The notes: generated by a model not told the origin, from the sequence alone. A stretch of 64,000 nucleotides of DNA from Candidatus Bathyarchaeia archaeon (GCA_049517415.1 JBEKSC010000012.1:1-64000); one strand, 5' to 3'. Positions 47,058-57,946 are shown, numbered from the stretch's first letter. A program made the numbers and translations.

Positions 47058-48497
47058 TTACGCCTGAGAGACTACATGCAATTTCAAGTATGCACCTTGG
47101 TTGATCAACCCGTCAGTAAGGGTCACTAAAAGCGTGTAGTCACCGATTTGCAAGCTTCTGTCAGCAGTCACATTCACCAAAACCGTCTCCCGGCCATTCA
47201 ACGACTGAATTTCTGTCACGTTCGCAGTCATTAGAATTCTCTGCGGCCGCCCAGTGACGTTTTCCGTATCAGCGAAAAGAATCATTATAGGAGAGCGCGA
47301 CTCGCCGCTGACTGTAAAGGTCAAATTAACGTTGCCGCCAGGCTTCAGCTTGATGTTCGAGCTGCTTGCCTGGGATATTGTGTAGCTTGGAATGTAAGAG
47401 GCGTCAACATATCCGACATAATTAGCAGTTAACTCCGTGAACCAGGCTTTCCCTCCGCCTAAGGAAAAAGTCAACGCGTTATCAATTCCCATTATTTTGC
47501 TCGCGGGTGGGTTCGAGAGGCTGTACTCTGTTAGTAGCGAATGCTTCGTATCGATCACAGCCATATGATTTGCATAATGTTCGTTGAACCAAACCTGTGA
47601 ACCGTTCGTTGCCACAAAATATGGTAGCGTCGTGTCCTCATAGCTAATTGGCGAAGTGGGATAGAACACCCAATCATCTGCCCTAAAGCTGTAGAAGGCA
47701 ACGGCAGAGCTTGCATGCTGAGCCACCCAAATCCCGTCTGAACCTACCATCAGACTCGATGGGGCTCGTAAGTTGAACGCCCCATCGATCGTCTGCGGAG
47801 AAAAGTGTTTTGGGTTGAAGGATAGGAGCGTTCCCAACCCGCTGCTCACGTTGCCGCCGTCAAGATAGTATCCCGAAGTGTCATTCTCAAACCCGACCTG
47901 GGTTGGCGTCCCTCCGAAATTCTGTGGTAGAGCAAACTCCTCCAGCTTGCATTGCGCGTCGAGTCTACCAATCTTTGAGGCGAAGAGTTCAGTGAACCAT
48001 AATGCTCCGTCGGGGCCAAGAGTAATTGTATAGGGAAACGCAGCCCACTCGCTTAATCTGATGGCGTACACCGCCCCACTGAAAGGATCCAACCCGACAA
48101 TCTGACTACCCAAGGCGTCACTTGCCCATATTCTACCATTCCATTGAACCACACCCCAAATGCTAGTGGTCGATGGCGAGTACGTGAATGGCCAAGCATA
48201 TTCCAGCATCGTACCATTCGAATACAAATGAGCAATCCCAGGCACGTTCAGCTCCCCAAACCACACAGACCCGTCCGAGAGTGCAGTTATACCGTTCGGA
48301 AATTTGTCGCCCGGTAAACGAAACTTCGTAACACCATCAAAGTATTCATTCTGTAAATCAAATTTAGATATCTTTGCTTGGCCGAGCATTTTGCCACAGG
48401 AAGAGGAGGGCACGAAGGATAGGTAAAGCAACGATCCGGAGAGGATCACCGCAAATCCAAAAGCAAGTAACAAAGCCCTCCTGCGCATTTCTCTCAC
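47058..48497 (-). CDS. Membrane-anchored Vgb (virginiamycin B lyase)-like beta-propeller protein
   Basis: PNGIT..DGSVWFGE, PYTITLGPDGALWFTELFASKIGRLD, AWFTELTANYVG repeats; C-terminal Ig-like region. Confidence 0.8.
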   Translation of the reverse strand: MREMRRRALLLAFGFAVILSGSLLYLSFVPSSSCGKMLGQAKISKFDLQNEYFDGVTKFRLPGDKFPNGITALSDGSVWFGELNVPGIAHLYSNGTMLEYAWPFTYSPSTTSIWGVVQWNGRIWASDALGSQIVGLDPFSGAVYAIRLSEWAAFPYTITLGPDGALWFTELFASKIGRLDAQCKLEEFALPQNFGGTPTQVGFENDTSGYYLDGGNVSSGLGTLLSFNPKHFSPQTIDGAFNLRAPSSLMVGSDGIWVAQHASSAVAFYSFRADDWVFYPTSPISYEDTTLPYFVATNGSQVWFNEHYANHMAVIDTKHSLLTEYSLSNPPASKIMGIDNALTFSLGGGKAWFTELTANYVGYVDASYIPSYTISQASSSNIKLKPGGNVNLTFTVSGESRSPIMILFADTENVTGRPQRILMTANVTEIQSLNGRETVLVNVTADRSLQIGDYTLLVTLTDGLINQGAYLKLHVVSQA

Positions 48498-48575
48498 TCG
48501 CTTCTTCCACTTAGAAGAGATTCAGTTAGAAAAACCTGAGTCTGCGTCCATTCTCTCAGTCAATAAGGAAATATA

Positions 48576-49070
48576 GTGTCAGTGACGAAGGCTTCGAGAG
48601 GCCGAGTTCTGCTGAACAAACTCCTCTTAGTCGGCATATTAACAGCCGTAGTGGTAGGTTCCGTGGTAAGCATTTACTGGCCTTCATTGAGCACTCCAGC
48701 GAATCAGGCGCCAGTAACTCAAAGAGCGGCAGATTGCGTGAAGCCTCCGGGTTACTTTCTCATCGTTGCCAACCTGGACGGTTTCAATGACAGCGTCGCC
48801 CACCTACAGAAGTCACCCAACGAACCGTGGCCGGTCATCAGGGTCCATGAGGGCGACAGAGTGAACATTATGGTTTGTAATAGTGATGATTACTCGCCCC
48901 ACGGGTTCGCCATCGAACGTTACCTAGACGCTGGCGTGGCCTTGATGCCGCATGAAACTTTCCGCGTCTCCTTCACAGCAGATCAGGCGGGTAATTTCAC
49001 ATTTTATTGCAACATATTCTGCCCGGTTCACCCTTACATGTTGAGTGGGCTGCTTATTGTTGCTGAATAG
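48576..49070 (+). CDS. Membrane-anchored cupredoxin domain protein
   Basis: N-terminal TM; HGFAI..GNFTFYCNIFCPVHPYM. Confidence 0.85.
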   Translation: MSVTKASRGRVLLNKLLLVGILTAVVVGSVVSIYWPSLSTPANQAPVTQRAADCVKPPGYFLIVANLDGFNDSVAHLQKSPNEPWPVIRVHEGDRVNIMVCNSDDYSPHGFAIERYLDAGVALMPHETFRVSFTADQAGNFTFYCNIFCPVHPYMLSGLLIVAE

Positions 49071-49189
49071 GAATGTTTGGATTCAATTTTGTAACGTGAT
49101 TATGTCCAAGGTTGGAAGGGATCGCGTGGTCCGCCGTATCCTGGCGCTTACGTGACGCTGGAAATCACAGCATGATAAGCAAAACGACA

Positions 49190-50116
49190 TTACACTAGAT
49201 GAGCCGCAACGACGAGCAGGAGAACCACGAACAAATAGACTATTGACATCTTGAACACGCGCCACGCGCTCATTGGCGTTGGATGTTTTATCATTCTAAT
49301 ATTCGCGGCCAGAAACCTAGCGTTGTACGCGATTAGGATACCCCCCAGGAGAATGAATGCCCAAATATTGCCCTGATAAGCGGTCAAGACGAAGAGTCCG
49401 ATGGTGAACGGGAAGAGAGCTATGTTTGAAACTGCTGCGTAGACGGCACTTTTCTGCACGCCATCAACGACAGGGAGCATTGGGACTTGAACCTTCGCGT
49501 ACTCTTTCGCTTTAGCTATCGCCAACCCCCAGAAGTGACCCGGTGTCCAAAGGAAAATCAGAAACGCGACGAGAAGCGCCACCATGCTGATTGATCCCGT
49601 AACAGCAGCCCATCCTGCGAGTGCGGAGAAGGAGCCGGCGGCTCCGCCTATGACGATGTTCCACTTCGTCCTAGGTTTCAGCCATAGCGTGTAAACAAAA
49701 ACGTACCAGATTACGCCCAACCCGATGAATGAGGCGGTCAGGGCGTTCAAGAAGAATACGGCCAATGCTACACCACTAACCGAAAGCACTAGGCCGAATG
49801 AAAAAGCGGCGTTGGCGGATACTCGCCCTGAAGGGAGAGGCCTGTGCCGAGTCCGGTTCATTTGAAAATCAATGCGTCTTTCAATAAAGCAGTTCAGCGC
49901 CCCTGCGCCGGCGGCTGATAGAAACCCAGCCACGCCAAGCAAAAGCAGTGAGGTAGCGGTAACAACGTGGAGCCCTACTGCCAGAAGCATTGTTGCTAAA
50001 CCGACGAACACATTCAACGATGCTATAGCAGGCTTTGTCATGCTGAAGTAATCAGAAAGGTTGTGGAAGAAGAGCCTCCCTTGACCTGTTGATCGCATAT
50101 GATCACGTCCGCCCAT
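49190..50116 (-). CDS. cyoE: Protoheme IX farnesyltransferase (heme O synthase)
   Basis: MNRTRHRPLPSG, YTLWLKPRT.WNIVIGG.AG, FLWTPGHFW.LA, PMLPVV. Confidence 0.95.
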   Translation of the reverse strand: MGGRDHMRSTGQGRLFFHNLSDYFSMTKPAIASLNVFVGLATMLLAVGLHVVTATSLLLLGVAGFLSAAGAGALNCFIERRIDFQMNRTRHRPLPSGRVSANAAFSFGLVLSVSGVALAVFFLNALTASFIGLGVIWYVFVYTLWLKPRTKWNIVIGGAAGSFSALAGWAAVTGSISMVALLVAFLIFLWTPGHFWGLAIAKAKEYAKVQVPMLPVVDGVQKSAVYAAVSNIALFPFTIGLFVLTAYQGNIWAFILLGGILIAYNARFLAANIRMIKHPTPMSAWRVFKMSIVYLFVVLLLVVAAHLV

Positions 50117-50199
50117 TCATCCTTTAGGCTTATCGCAACCACCATTAAGCATTACTTAAAATCCTTCTTCAGCCCTAGATCCCTTGATAGTGCACTACC

Positions 50200-50620
50200 T
50201 TGCGAGAATCAAGCATGATTGGCAGCCTCTTCGTGGCGTCCGGCATTCTTGGAATTGCCATACTTGCTTTGGACAAGGTGCTGAGGGCCGGCGCTCCGCC
50301 GCACTATTACGCACATTGTTTTCGTGATCATTGACTTCTTGGTCGGAGCGTTAGCGTTCCCTATGCCCAAGGGCATGCTAGTGCGTTTGGCCGTTCTCTG
50401 GAGCGTGGTGCGTATCCTGATTCAACTTGGCGATGTGTACTTAGGCCCCATGTACCAATTCACGTACGCCCAGTTCGCGGATTACTTGTTCAACCCGCTG
50501 AGTTCTCTGCCAGCAAGCCTAGGCAACCCTGCTGGGATTCCACCTGTTCCAATAGACCTGACACTCGTCATTAACATCACAGTGCTCTTAATTTCCGTGA
50601 GAGCTTGGTCAAAAGGATGA
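50200..50620 (+). pseudogene. Membrane protein interrupted by a +1 frameshift near 50314
   Basis: MIGSLFVASGILGIAILALDKVLRAGAPPHYYA then IVFVIIDFLVGAL.. in the next frame. Confidence 0.65.
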
Positions 50621-50690
50621 AGAACGCCCGTTAGCCTGAAACTGCATAACTCCTAAATTCTCAACTCCAAAATGACTCTGGCCGAAGCCA

Positions 50691-51428
50691 TTGCCCGACC
50701 TAACTCCGGCCCTCCTCATAGTCGAACTCGTTTTACTGCTCGCAACACTAGCGCTCATAATCCTTGCAAGAAGAGAATCAAGGGGCCGGGAGAACCTACT
50801 TCAACAAATGACCCACACTGCAAGAATGGTCTCAAGGCAGGAATACTTTAACTCAGTTCACTTCGTAATGCAAAACGCGAAGAACTCTATCAAGGGCTCG
50901 ATCACTGGATCCGCGCCAACAACCTCGGAGCAGAACGACCAGATCCAAGCAATCATAGATCACATCCGCATGGCGAGAAAACGGAACGTCGCGATTCAAT
51001 ACCTCCTACCAAGGACGCCTGACAGAGTCGTTGTGGCAAATAGGTACCGGGAAGTTGGGGCAGAGATAAGATTTCATCCGGGCATACTCGTAAGTGATTT
51101 GAGGTATACCGTGATAGACAACAATTACACAGTGTTAGGATTACCGAGCAGCGCTGGCGAGAATCAACCCACCCGGGAAGGCTACGTAATCCCCTCCGAG
51201 GGACTAGCACAAGTATTCCTACGCCAATTCCAGAGCAAATGGGATGAAGCCACTGCGTACGACCAGTATCTCAAAGAAGTGCTTTCAGAAATAAGAACCC
51301 ACAACCCGGCAGTTTCCACTGAGCTACTGTCCTCGCAATTGCAAATCCAAGAATCTGAAGTCAAACGGATACTGTCATTAGATGAACCAGCCTCCCAATC
51401 AACAGGAAAACAGGCTTTAGTGAAATGA
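50691..51428 (+). CDS. Membrane-anchored protein with TrmB/PLD-like domain
   Basis: N-terminal TM; NAKNSI..GAEIRF..RYTVIDN..F.SKW pattern. Confidence 0.6.
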   Translation: MPDLTPALLIVELVLLLATLALIILARRESRGRENLLQQMTHTARMVSRQEYFNSVHFVMQNAKNSIKGSITGSAPTTSEQNDQIQAIIDHIRMARKRNVAIQYLLPRTPDRVVVANRYREVGAEIRFHPGILVSDLRYTVIDNNYTVLGLPSSAGENQPTREGYVIPSEGLAQVFLRQFQSKWDEATAYDQYLKEVLSEIRTHNPAVSTELLSSQLQIQESEVKRILSLDEPASQSTGKQALVK

Positions 51429-51481
51429 GTCAACATTAAGTATGCCATACGTCATGTCGTGCCTGGCGGGTTCCAAGTAGG

Positions 51482-52342
51482 TTGGTCAACTATTCTCAAC
51501 TGCTCATCCTTGGCGCCTTTGCTGGCCTAACCATCTTTCTTGGGCTGCCAATTGCAGTGCTTCAGGGATTGAGCTCAAAGGCGAAGGGATTCTTCAACGC
51601 CTTTGCAATTGGAATTCTGATCTTTTTGATAATTGATGTTTTCAGCCACGCGTGGCAATCAGCCTTAGACACGACCTTCAGTGCCTTCGTTGGAAAATCA
51701 CCCATGATTGACGGGGCGACCGACCTTCTCGCAATGTTCGGAGGACTTGCCCTCGGTCTATTGGGATTGACTTGGTATGGATGCCGCTACATGAGCGACA
51801 CCCCGCAGCCAATCCCAGCTGGAAGCAGGGTTAGGAGTTCGAGTAGCGGTAACCAGAAGCGCGAGTTGCAATTGTTGCAGCAAGTGAGCAGCTACAGGCT
51901 TTCAATGATGATAGCCATTGGCATTGGGGCACACAATTTGAGCGAAGGACTCGCAATAGGCCAGTCGTATGCGTCAGGATCTTTAGGGCTAGCTTTGATG
52001 CTGATCATTGGATTCGCAGCCCACAATGCGACTGAAGGATTTGGAATAGCCGCCCCCCTAACTGGGCTTTCGAAGAGACCGAGTAACAGGTTCATTCTGT
52101 TGGCCGGGTTGATTGGGGGTGGGCCCACTTTCATTGGTACGTTGCTGGGCAGCCTCTGGGCTTCGCCTTTGGCCTACATCTTCTTCCTCAGCCTAGCTGG
52201 GGGCGCGTTGATCTATGTCACCATGTTGATGTACAATTCGGGAAGAAGGCAAGTCACGTACGACATTCTAATGCTCGGCATCTTTGTCGGGTTAACGGCG
52301 GGATTCATATCAGACCTAGTAGTCAGCCTAGGTGGAGCTTAG
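51482..52342 (+). CDS. ZIP family metal transporter
   Basis: IGAHNLSEGLAIG and AHNATEGFGI. Confidence 0.92.
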   Translation: MVNYSQLLILGAFAGLTIFLGLPIAVLQGLSSKAKGFFNAFAIGILIFLIIDVFSHAWQSALDTTFSAFVGKSPMIDGATDLLAMFGGLALGLLGLTWYGCRYMSDTPQPIPAGSRVRSSSSGNQKRELQLLQQVSSYRLSMMIAIGIGAHNLSEGLAIGQSYASGSLGLALMLIIGFAAHNATEGFGIAAPLTGLSKRPSNRFILLAGLIGGGPTFIGTLLGSLWASPLAYIFFLSLAGGALIYVTMLMYNSGRRQVTYDILMLGIFVGLTAGFISDLVVSLGGA

Positions 52343-52470
52343 CCGAGGCCCCTGCGAACAGTGCGTTTTCTTCGGACAGCATTGATGTTATTTAGCGGAA
52401 CTATCCTTCTAACTAACGAGCTGGCACGCTTCAGCAGGAAGTCGAGCACCCTATTCAGGAGGCCATTCTA

Positions 52471-52680
52471 GTGGGATACATTTCACGTGTTGCTGGAATA
52501 CTTCTATGGATTCTTGGACTCTTTATTACGAGTACAGTGATTTACCTCGTGTACTCGGCCGCGGTACCCTACGTTACCCCATCGGCCGTTTGGCTCTTAG
52601 CCGTACTGCTGATCCTCGCTGGGATTGCCATATTGGCGTACTGGGCTTCCGTTCTTTCACATGGCGTTTCAGGTCGGTAA
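52471..52680 (+). CDS. Small two-TM membrane protein
   Basis: Two hydrophobic helices; GGAGG upstream. Confidence 0.55.
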   Translation: MGYISRVAGILLWILGLFITSTVIYLVYSAAVPYVTPSAVWLLAVLLILAGIAILAYWASVLSHGVSGR

Positions 52681-52778
52681 CTTTACGTAGCCAGAGTGAC
52701 GGGTCGAACACACCTCTGGCCACTAAGGATGCCAATAAGTGAAACGATACTTAGAATGGCGGGGCGGGAGAGAAGAAG

Positions 52779-53117
52779 ATGGGGCAAGACGAAGATCGAG
52801 TAGCCATAATTGCTGACAAGTATCTTGCACTCGGATTCAGGATGGCGGGAGTCATCGCGTTTCCGGTTCGAGATGCCGGAGAGGCGGCCGTTGCCCTTGA
52901 TAGAATTCTTGGAGAGGACAAGTATGATGTCATAATCATTACTGAGAATCTATCCAGCGCGCTAAAAAAGCAAAGGGAAGCACTCCTAGCAAGAGAGAGG
53001 CAACGACCGGTGATAGCCGTAATACCCGATTTTAGCGGACCAACGGGAGACAGGCTCCGTGAACTTCGGGCACTAGTAACACAGTCGGTTGGAGCAGAAC
53101 TAAAGTTCGAGAGTTGA
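52779..53117 (+). CDS. atpF: A/V-type ATP synthase subunit F
   Basis: VAIIAD..LGFRMAGV..IIITE..PVIAVIPD..VGAEL. Confidence 0.92.
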   Translation: MGQDEDRVAIIADKYLALGFRMAGVIAFPVRDAGEAAVALDRILGEDKYDVIIITENLSSALKKQREALLARERQRPVIAVIPDFSGPTGDRLRELRALVTQSVGAELKFES

Positions 53118-53126
53118 ATCGGAGAC

Positions 53127-53447
53127 TTGTCGACCGACATTAAAGAACTTCAAGACCTAATCGCTAGAGAGAAAAATGCTGAGGAAGAAGTCAGAAAAGC
53201 CAAAGAAGAAGCACAGGCCACTCTGAAACAGGCCCGCGAGAAAGCAGAAGTGGCCTTAGGAGCAATTGATTCCGATCCCGCTTGGGAAAAACTGAAGCAA
53301 GCAAGAAACGATGAGATTGCACGCAAGAAGGCGGAGATACAAGAAGAGTACAAGCGAAAGAGCTCTTCCCTAGAGAAGGTCGCACAGCAGAACCTCGAGA
53401 AAGCCATTGCACGCCTATTTGAGGAGACATTGAGAGGAAAACTTTGA
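53127..53447 (+). CDS. A/V-type ATP synthase subunit H(G), peripheral stalk
   Basis: Charged coiled coil EKNAEEEVRKAKEEA; operon position. Confidence 0.75.
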   Translation: MSTDIKELQDLIAREKNAEEEVRKAKEEAQATLKQAREKAEVALGAIDSDPAWEKLKQARNDEIARKKAEIQEEYKRKSSSLEKVAQQNLEKAIARLFEETLRGKL

Positions 53448-54082
53448 GCCTACAAGCACTGCAGTCCGAGATCGAGAGAAAAGCTCAGGAAGAAGCTTCC
53501 AGCATTCTTGAAGCCGCCCGAGCGGAAGCTGAGAAAATAGTTGCTGAAGCTAACGCAAAAGCTGCGAACCTTAGAGATGAAAGAACGAGGGCGTTACGTG
53601 GGAAAATAGACGCCCAAGAGAAGGCGGAGCTAGCCGTCGCCAGAATGGACCGAAAGGGAGACCTTCTCCGAGTCAAATCCGGATGGACGAAACGAGTGTT
53701 CGAAGAGGTTGAGAAAAGAGTCACGAAAATGGCGGAGAATGGTGGACGGGAATACAATGAACTTCTTGCCAACCTCACTCTTGAAGGAATCAGCAAGATG
53801 AACGGAAGCAAATTCATTGTCGAAACGAGCTTGCGAGACAAGGAAGCGATTAGCAACCTTCTAGGTACTATCACGGAAAGAGCTAGCAAGGTCAAGAATG
53901 ACAAGGTCACTCTTCACCTCGAGACGCTGCCGACAAGAACCTTAGGCGGCGTATTGGTTTCCACAGAAGACGGGGTTCAATACTTCAACAATACTTTGGA
54001 AGCGCGACTAGCCGCCGCCTCGCGGAAGCTGGAGGGAACGATTGGCCAAATCCTTTTTGGACCTGGTGACGCGAATGAGTAA
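53444..54082 (+). CDS. atpE: A/V-type ATP synthase subunit E
   Basis: Coiled-coil N-terminus; LGGVLVSTEDG..NNTLEARL. Confidence 0.9.
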   Translation: MSLQALQSEIERKAQEEASSILEAARAEAEKIVAEANAKAANLRDERTRALRGKIDAQEKAELAVARMDRKGDLLRVKSGWTKRVFEEVEKRVTKMAENGGREYNELLANLTLEGISKMNGSKFIVETSLRDKEAISNLLGTITERASKVKNDKVTLHLETLPTRTLGGVLVSTEDGVQYFNNTLEARLAAASRKLEGTIGQILFGPGDANE

Positions 54083-55907
54083 GTCAAGCAGGCTGGGCCA
54101 GATAAGGTGGATCAGTGGTGCCGTCATCATTGCAACCGGAATCTCTGACATTGAGATGGGCGAGATAGTTGAAGTGGGAAACGAACACTTAGCTGGAGAG
54201 GTCATAGGAGTTGGCGCCGGAGAATTCACGATTCAAGTCTACGAAGTGACGACCGGACTTCGCCCCGGAGAAATGGTGAATGCAACAGGTAAGCGACTTG
54301 TGGCAGAGCTTGGCCCAGGACTTCTTGACAGTATCCTCGATGGGATAGGAAGACCGCTGGAAACCATCAGGAAGCTGATGGGGCCCTTCATTGGCAGAGG
54401 CGTTCGGGTAAACACACTATCTAGGGAAAAGAAGTGGCACTTCAAACCCGAAGTGAAAACGGGGGACAAGATCGAGGGAGGAACTGTTCTTGGCCTTGTT
54501 CAGGAGACGCCTGCGGTCGTTCATAGAATAATGCTTCCTCCGGGCAGTAAGGGCAAGGTGCTCTCGATAAATGAGGGCGACTACACGGTGGACGAACCGA
54601 TTGGGCGACTTGAAACTCCCGATGGAGTCCAGATAGACCTTAGGTTAATGCAAGAGTGGCCCATTCGAATTCCGAGACCATTCAGGCCTGGCGAAAGAAT
54701 CCCTCTGGAGGAACCGCTAGTGACGGGGCAGAGAGTGATAGACACGTTCTTCCCTCTTCCCAAAGGTGGAACGGCCAGCATCCCGGGAGGGTTTGGAACA
54801 GGAAAGACCGTGATGTTGCATTCCCTTGCAAAATGGAGTGATTCCAAAGTCATCGTGTACATCGGATGCGGGGAGAGAGGAAATGAGATCTGCGAAGTAC
54901 TCACAGACTTTCCAGAACTGACCGATCCGAGGACCGGTAGGCCCCTCATGGAGAGAACGATACTCATCGCGAACACGAGTAACATGCCAGTTGCTGCTAG
55001 AGAGGCCAGCATATACCTAGGAGTAACCATGGCCGAGTACTACCGTGACCAAGGGTACGACGTCGCAATAATGGCCGACTCGACTTCTAGATGGGCTGAA
55101 GCTCTACGTGAGATTTCGGGCCGATTGGAGGAGATGCCTGCCGAAGGCGGATACCCCGCATACCTCCCGGATAGAATAGCTGAGTTTTACGAGAGGGCGG
55201 GGAAGGTAGTAGCGCTGGGAGAACCAGCAAGAACGGGCTCAGTATCGATCATTGGAGCCGTTTCACCTCCTGGTGGAGATTTCAATGAACCAGTCACTAT
55301 TCACACATTGAGATTCACTGGAGTATTCTGGGCTCTAGACCGCGATCTTGCTTACAGCAGACACTTTCCAGCCATACATTGGTTGAAGAGCTACAGCCTA
55401 TACGTGGACAGGCTTTCGGGTGCTTGGGCCGAGAGCTTCAGTAACTACTCAGAGAAAATCGCGGCTTACTGGAAAGGAAAACTCAGTGGCAACTTCGAAG
55501 AATTGCGGACTAAAGCCCTCAGAATTCTAAGCGAATCCTCAGAGATCGAATCCATAGCAAGGATAATGGGCGAACGCGCCCTCCCCGACGACCAAAGACT
55601 AATGCTCCTCTCAGCCGAGCTGATAAAAGAAGCTTTTCTCAGGCAGTTCGCCTACCATGAGGTCGACGCCTTCTGCGATATGGAGAAACAACTAGCTTTG
55701 CTCCAGATGCTCATAGACTTCTATGAAAGGTCCAGCATTCTCGTGCGGAACGGAGTTCCCGCCGAGAAAATAAAGGAACTACCCTACATTAAGAGAATGG
55801 AGAGAGCCAAAGAAGAAAAGAGCGGCGTGGAAGGAGTCGCCAAGCTCACAGCAGAAGTCCAAGACGCACTTGTCAAGATCGGGCGGGAGTATGACCTCGA
55901 AGCCTAG
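54075..55907 (+). CDS. atpA: A/V-type ATP synthase subunit A
   Basis: PGGFGTGKTV, GCGERGNE, NTSNMPVAAREAS, EEMPAEGGYPAYL; start moved to ATG 54075; no intein. Confidence 0.97.
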   Translation: MSKSSRLGQIRWISGAVIIATGISDIEMGEIVEVGNEHLAGEVIGVGAGEFTIQVYEVTTGLRPGEMVNATGKRLVAELGPGLLDSILDGIGRPLETIRKLMGPFIGRGVRVNTLSREKKWHFKPEVKTGDKIEGGTVLGLVQETPAVVHRIMLPPGSKGKVLSINEGDYTVDEPIGRLETPDGVQIDLRLMQEWPIRIPRPFRPGERIPLEEPLVTGQRVIDTFFPLPKGGTASIPGGFGTGKTVMLHSLAKWSDSKVIVYIGCGERGNEICEVLTDFPELTDPRTGRPLMERTILIANTSNMPVAAREASIYLGVTMAEYYRDQGYDVAIMADSTSRWAEALREISGRLEEMPAEGGYPAYLPDRIAEFYERAGKVVALGEPARTGSVSIIGAVSPPGGDFNEPVTIHTLRFTGVFWALDRDLAYSRHFPAIHWLKSYSLYVDRLSGAWAESFSNYSEKIAAYWKGKLSGNFEELRTKALRILSESSEIESIARIMGERALPDDQRLMLLSAELIKEAFLRQFAYHEVDAFCDMEKQLALLQMLIDFYERSSILVRNGVPAEKIKELPYIKRMERAKEEKSGVEGVAKLTAEVQDALVKIGREYDLEA

Positions 55908-55913
55908 GAGCTT

Positions 55914-57338
55914 GTGGGAACGATGCTAGGAAAAACGTATGGATTAATCCACAAGGGGCTGAGCGAAATCAAAGGCTCCCTCGTAATGGTTGACAATGTG
56001 GAGAACGTCGGTTATGATGAGTTGGTCAAGGTTCGTGCCCCCGACGGAATCGATAGAATGGGCAGAGTCCTGGAGGTTGGAAGGGGCAAAGCCGTTATCC
56101 AAGTCTTCGGCGGAGTGATGGGACTCGAATCCAACTCAATCCTGAGTTTTTCGGGCTCGGCTTTCAAGATACCTCTGTCCAACGAACTTCTGGGAAGAGT
56201 ATTCAACGGAGTATTCGAACCAGTGGACCGCCTACCTACAATCGTCTCTGACGAATCCCGGGACATTAATGGAGCTCCAATTAATCCCAAAGCTCGAGTG
56301 TACCCGAACAACTTCATCCAAACCGGAATCTCGGCCATCGATGGGATGCTCTCCCTAGTGAGAGGCCAGAAACTCCCAATCTTCTCGGAGAGCGGCTTAC
56401 CACACAACAAACTGATCGCGCAAATCTCTCGACAAGCAACCGTCCTCGGGGAAAAAGAAGAGTTTGCGCTCGTGTTCGCAGCAATGGGCCTGCGCCATGA
56501 CGAAGCAGAATATTTCATAGATGAATTCAGAACCTCTGGGGCGCTGGAACGATCCGTGGTCGTTCTAAACCTAGCAGATGACCCAGCAATCGAAAGGCTA
56601 TTCACTCCCCGAATAGCGTTGACTGTTGCGGAGTACATGGCTTATGACCTTGGTATGCACGTTCTGGTAATCCTAAGCGATATGACGAACTACGCGGAGG
56701 TCCTTCGGGAATTGAGCGCTGCGAGGGAAGAGGTCCCGAGTCGAAAAGGGTACCCGGGATACCTTTACAGTGATTTAGCATCCATATACGAGAGAGCAGG
56801 AGTTATCGAAGGCTCACGCGGCTCCTTGACCCAGATGCCCATATTGACAATGCCCGGGGGAGACCTTCAACATCCGATCCCTGACTTGACCGGATACATA
56901 ACGGAAGGCCAAATTTTCCTGGACCGAGAACTATTCATGAGGGGAATTTATCCACCGATCAACGTCCTACCATGCCTAAGTAGACTGATGCGGAAGGGCA
57001 TAGGGAAAGGTAAGACGAGAGAGGATCACGGGGATGTGGCCGACCAACTGTACGGGGCCTACGCAAGGGGAAGACAGGCTCGCGACCTTGCGAGAATAGT
57101 TGGCAACGTCGGTTTGAGTGAAGAAGAGCGACTTTATCTTAAATTCGCTGACGATTTCGAGTCACGGCTGGTAAGACAAGGCGAATTCGAGAATAGGACG
57201 ATAGAACAAACCCTTGGCATAGCTTGGTCACTCCTAGGGATACTACCAGAAAATGCCCTGACCAGAATTCATGAAGAATACATTCAGAAGTATCACCCCA
57301 AACACGTAGCAAACGAAGAACAGGCGCCTAAGTCATAA
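55914..57338 (+). CDS. atpB: A/V-type ATP synthase subunit B
   Basis: [48 protein letters not shown]. Confidence 0.97.
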   Translation: MGTMLGKTYGLIHKGLSEIKGSLVMVDNVENVGYDELVKVRAPDGIDRMGRVLEVGRGKAVIQVFGGVMGLESNSILSFSGSAFKIPLSNELLGRVFNGVFEPVDRLPTIVSDESRDINGAPINPKARVYPNNFIQTGISAIDGMLSLVRGQKLPIFSESGLPHNKLIAQISRQATVLGEKEEFALVFAAMGLRHDEAEYFIDEFRTSGALERSVVVLNLADDPAIERLFTPRIALTVAEYMAYDLGMHVLVILSDMTNYAEVLRELSAAREEVPSRKGYPGYLYSDLASIYERAGVIEGSRGSLTQMPILTMPGGDLQHPIPDLTGYITEGQIFLDRELFMRGIYPPINVLPCLSRLMRKGIGKGKTREDHGDVADQLYGAYARGRQARDLARIVGNVGLSEEERLYLKFADDFESRLVRQGEFENRTIEQTLGIAWSLLGILPENALTRIHEEYIQKYHPKHVANEEQAPKS

Positions 57339-57946
57339 TGAGCCTTGGAAGAGTCGCCGTTACAAGAGGAGTTCTACTCAGACTACGCGAGCAACTAGAC
57401 TTCACAAAACGCGGCAAAGAACTTCTCGAGATGAAACGAGACAACTTAGCGGCGGAGACCAATAGACTCCTAGCCAAAATCAAGGTTCGACATGAGTTTG
57501 AACAACGACTCATGGAAGCTTATGGTTCATTGAGAACAGCCTACATGACGCTCGGTTACTCGCAGCTTCAATCGCAAGCCTTCACCGTCAAACCTCTAGA
57601 GGCCAAAGTAAGACTACGCAGCGTTATGGGCGTCTTGGTGCCTGAGATTGTGCAGGGACAGAAGCCAGAAATTAATTCAATCACAGACCCTTCAGCCTAC
57701 GCCGCCGCAGAGCAACTGACAAGCTCAATGGGGCAATTGCTAAGCATAGCCGAAGCCGAAGCAAGGATAGAAAGCATCGCCCAAGAACTCATGTTAACGA
57801 ACCGCAAAGTAAACGCCCTAGAAAGAGTCATCTTACCGAACATAGTTGAAACCCTACGATACATTGAGGGCAGACTTGAAGAGGAAACACTCGAAGAATT
57901 CTTCAGAGCCAAGCGCGTAAAAGCGTTAATCAGAGGAACAAAATAG
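57338..57946 (+). CDS. atpD: A/V-type ATP synthase subunit D
   Basis: RGKELLEMKRD..TNRKVNALE.VILP. Confidence 0.94.
   Translation: MSLGRVAVTRGVLLRLREQLDFTKRGKELLEMKRDNLAAETNRLLAKIKVRHEFEQRLMEAYGSLRTAYMTLGYSQLQSQAFTVKPLEAKVRLRSVMGVLVPEIVQGQKPEINSITDPSAYAAAEQLTSSMGQLLSIAEAEARIESIAQELMLTNRKVNALERVILPNIVETLRYIEGRLEEETLEEFFRAKRVKALIRGTK

Noticed and set aside
54075..55907. Intein in AtpA
   Set aside because: Normal length, and the sequence is continuous through the P-loop and GCGERGNE insertion sites.
56012..56638. 208-aa antisense ORF, and similar antisense ORFs inside the ATPase, P-type ATPase and SPFH genes
   Set aside because: In-register shadow frames of strongly conserved genes, with no independent motifs.
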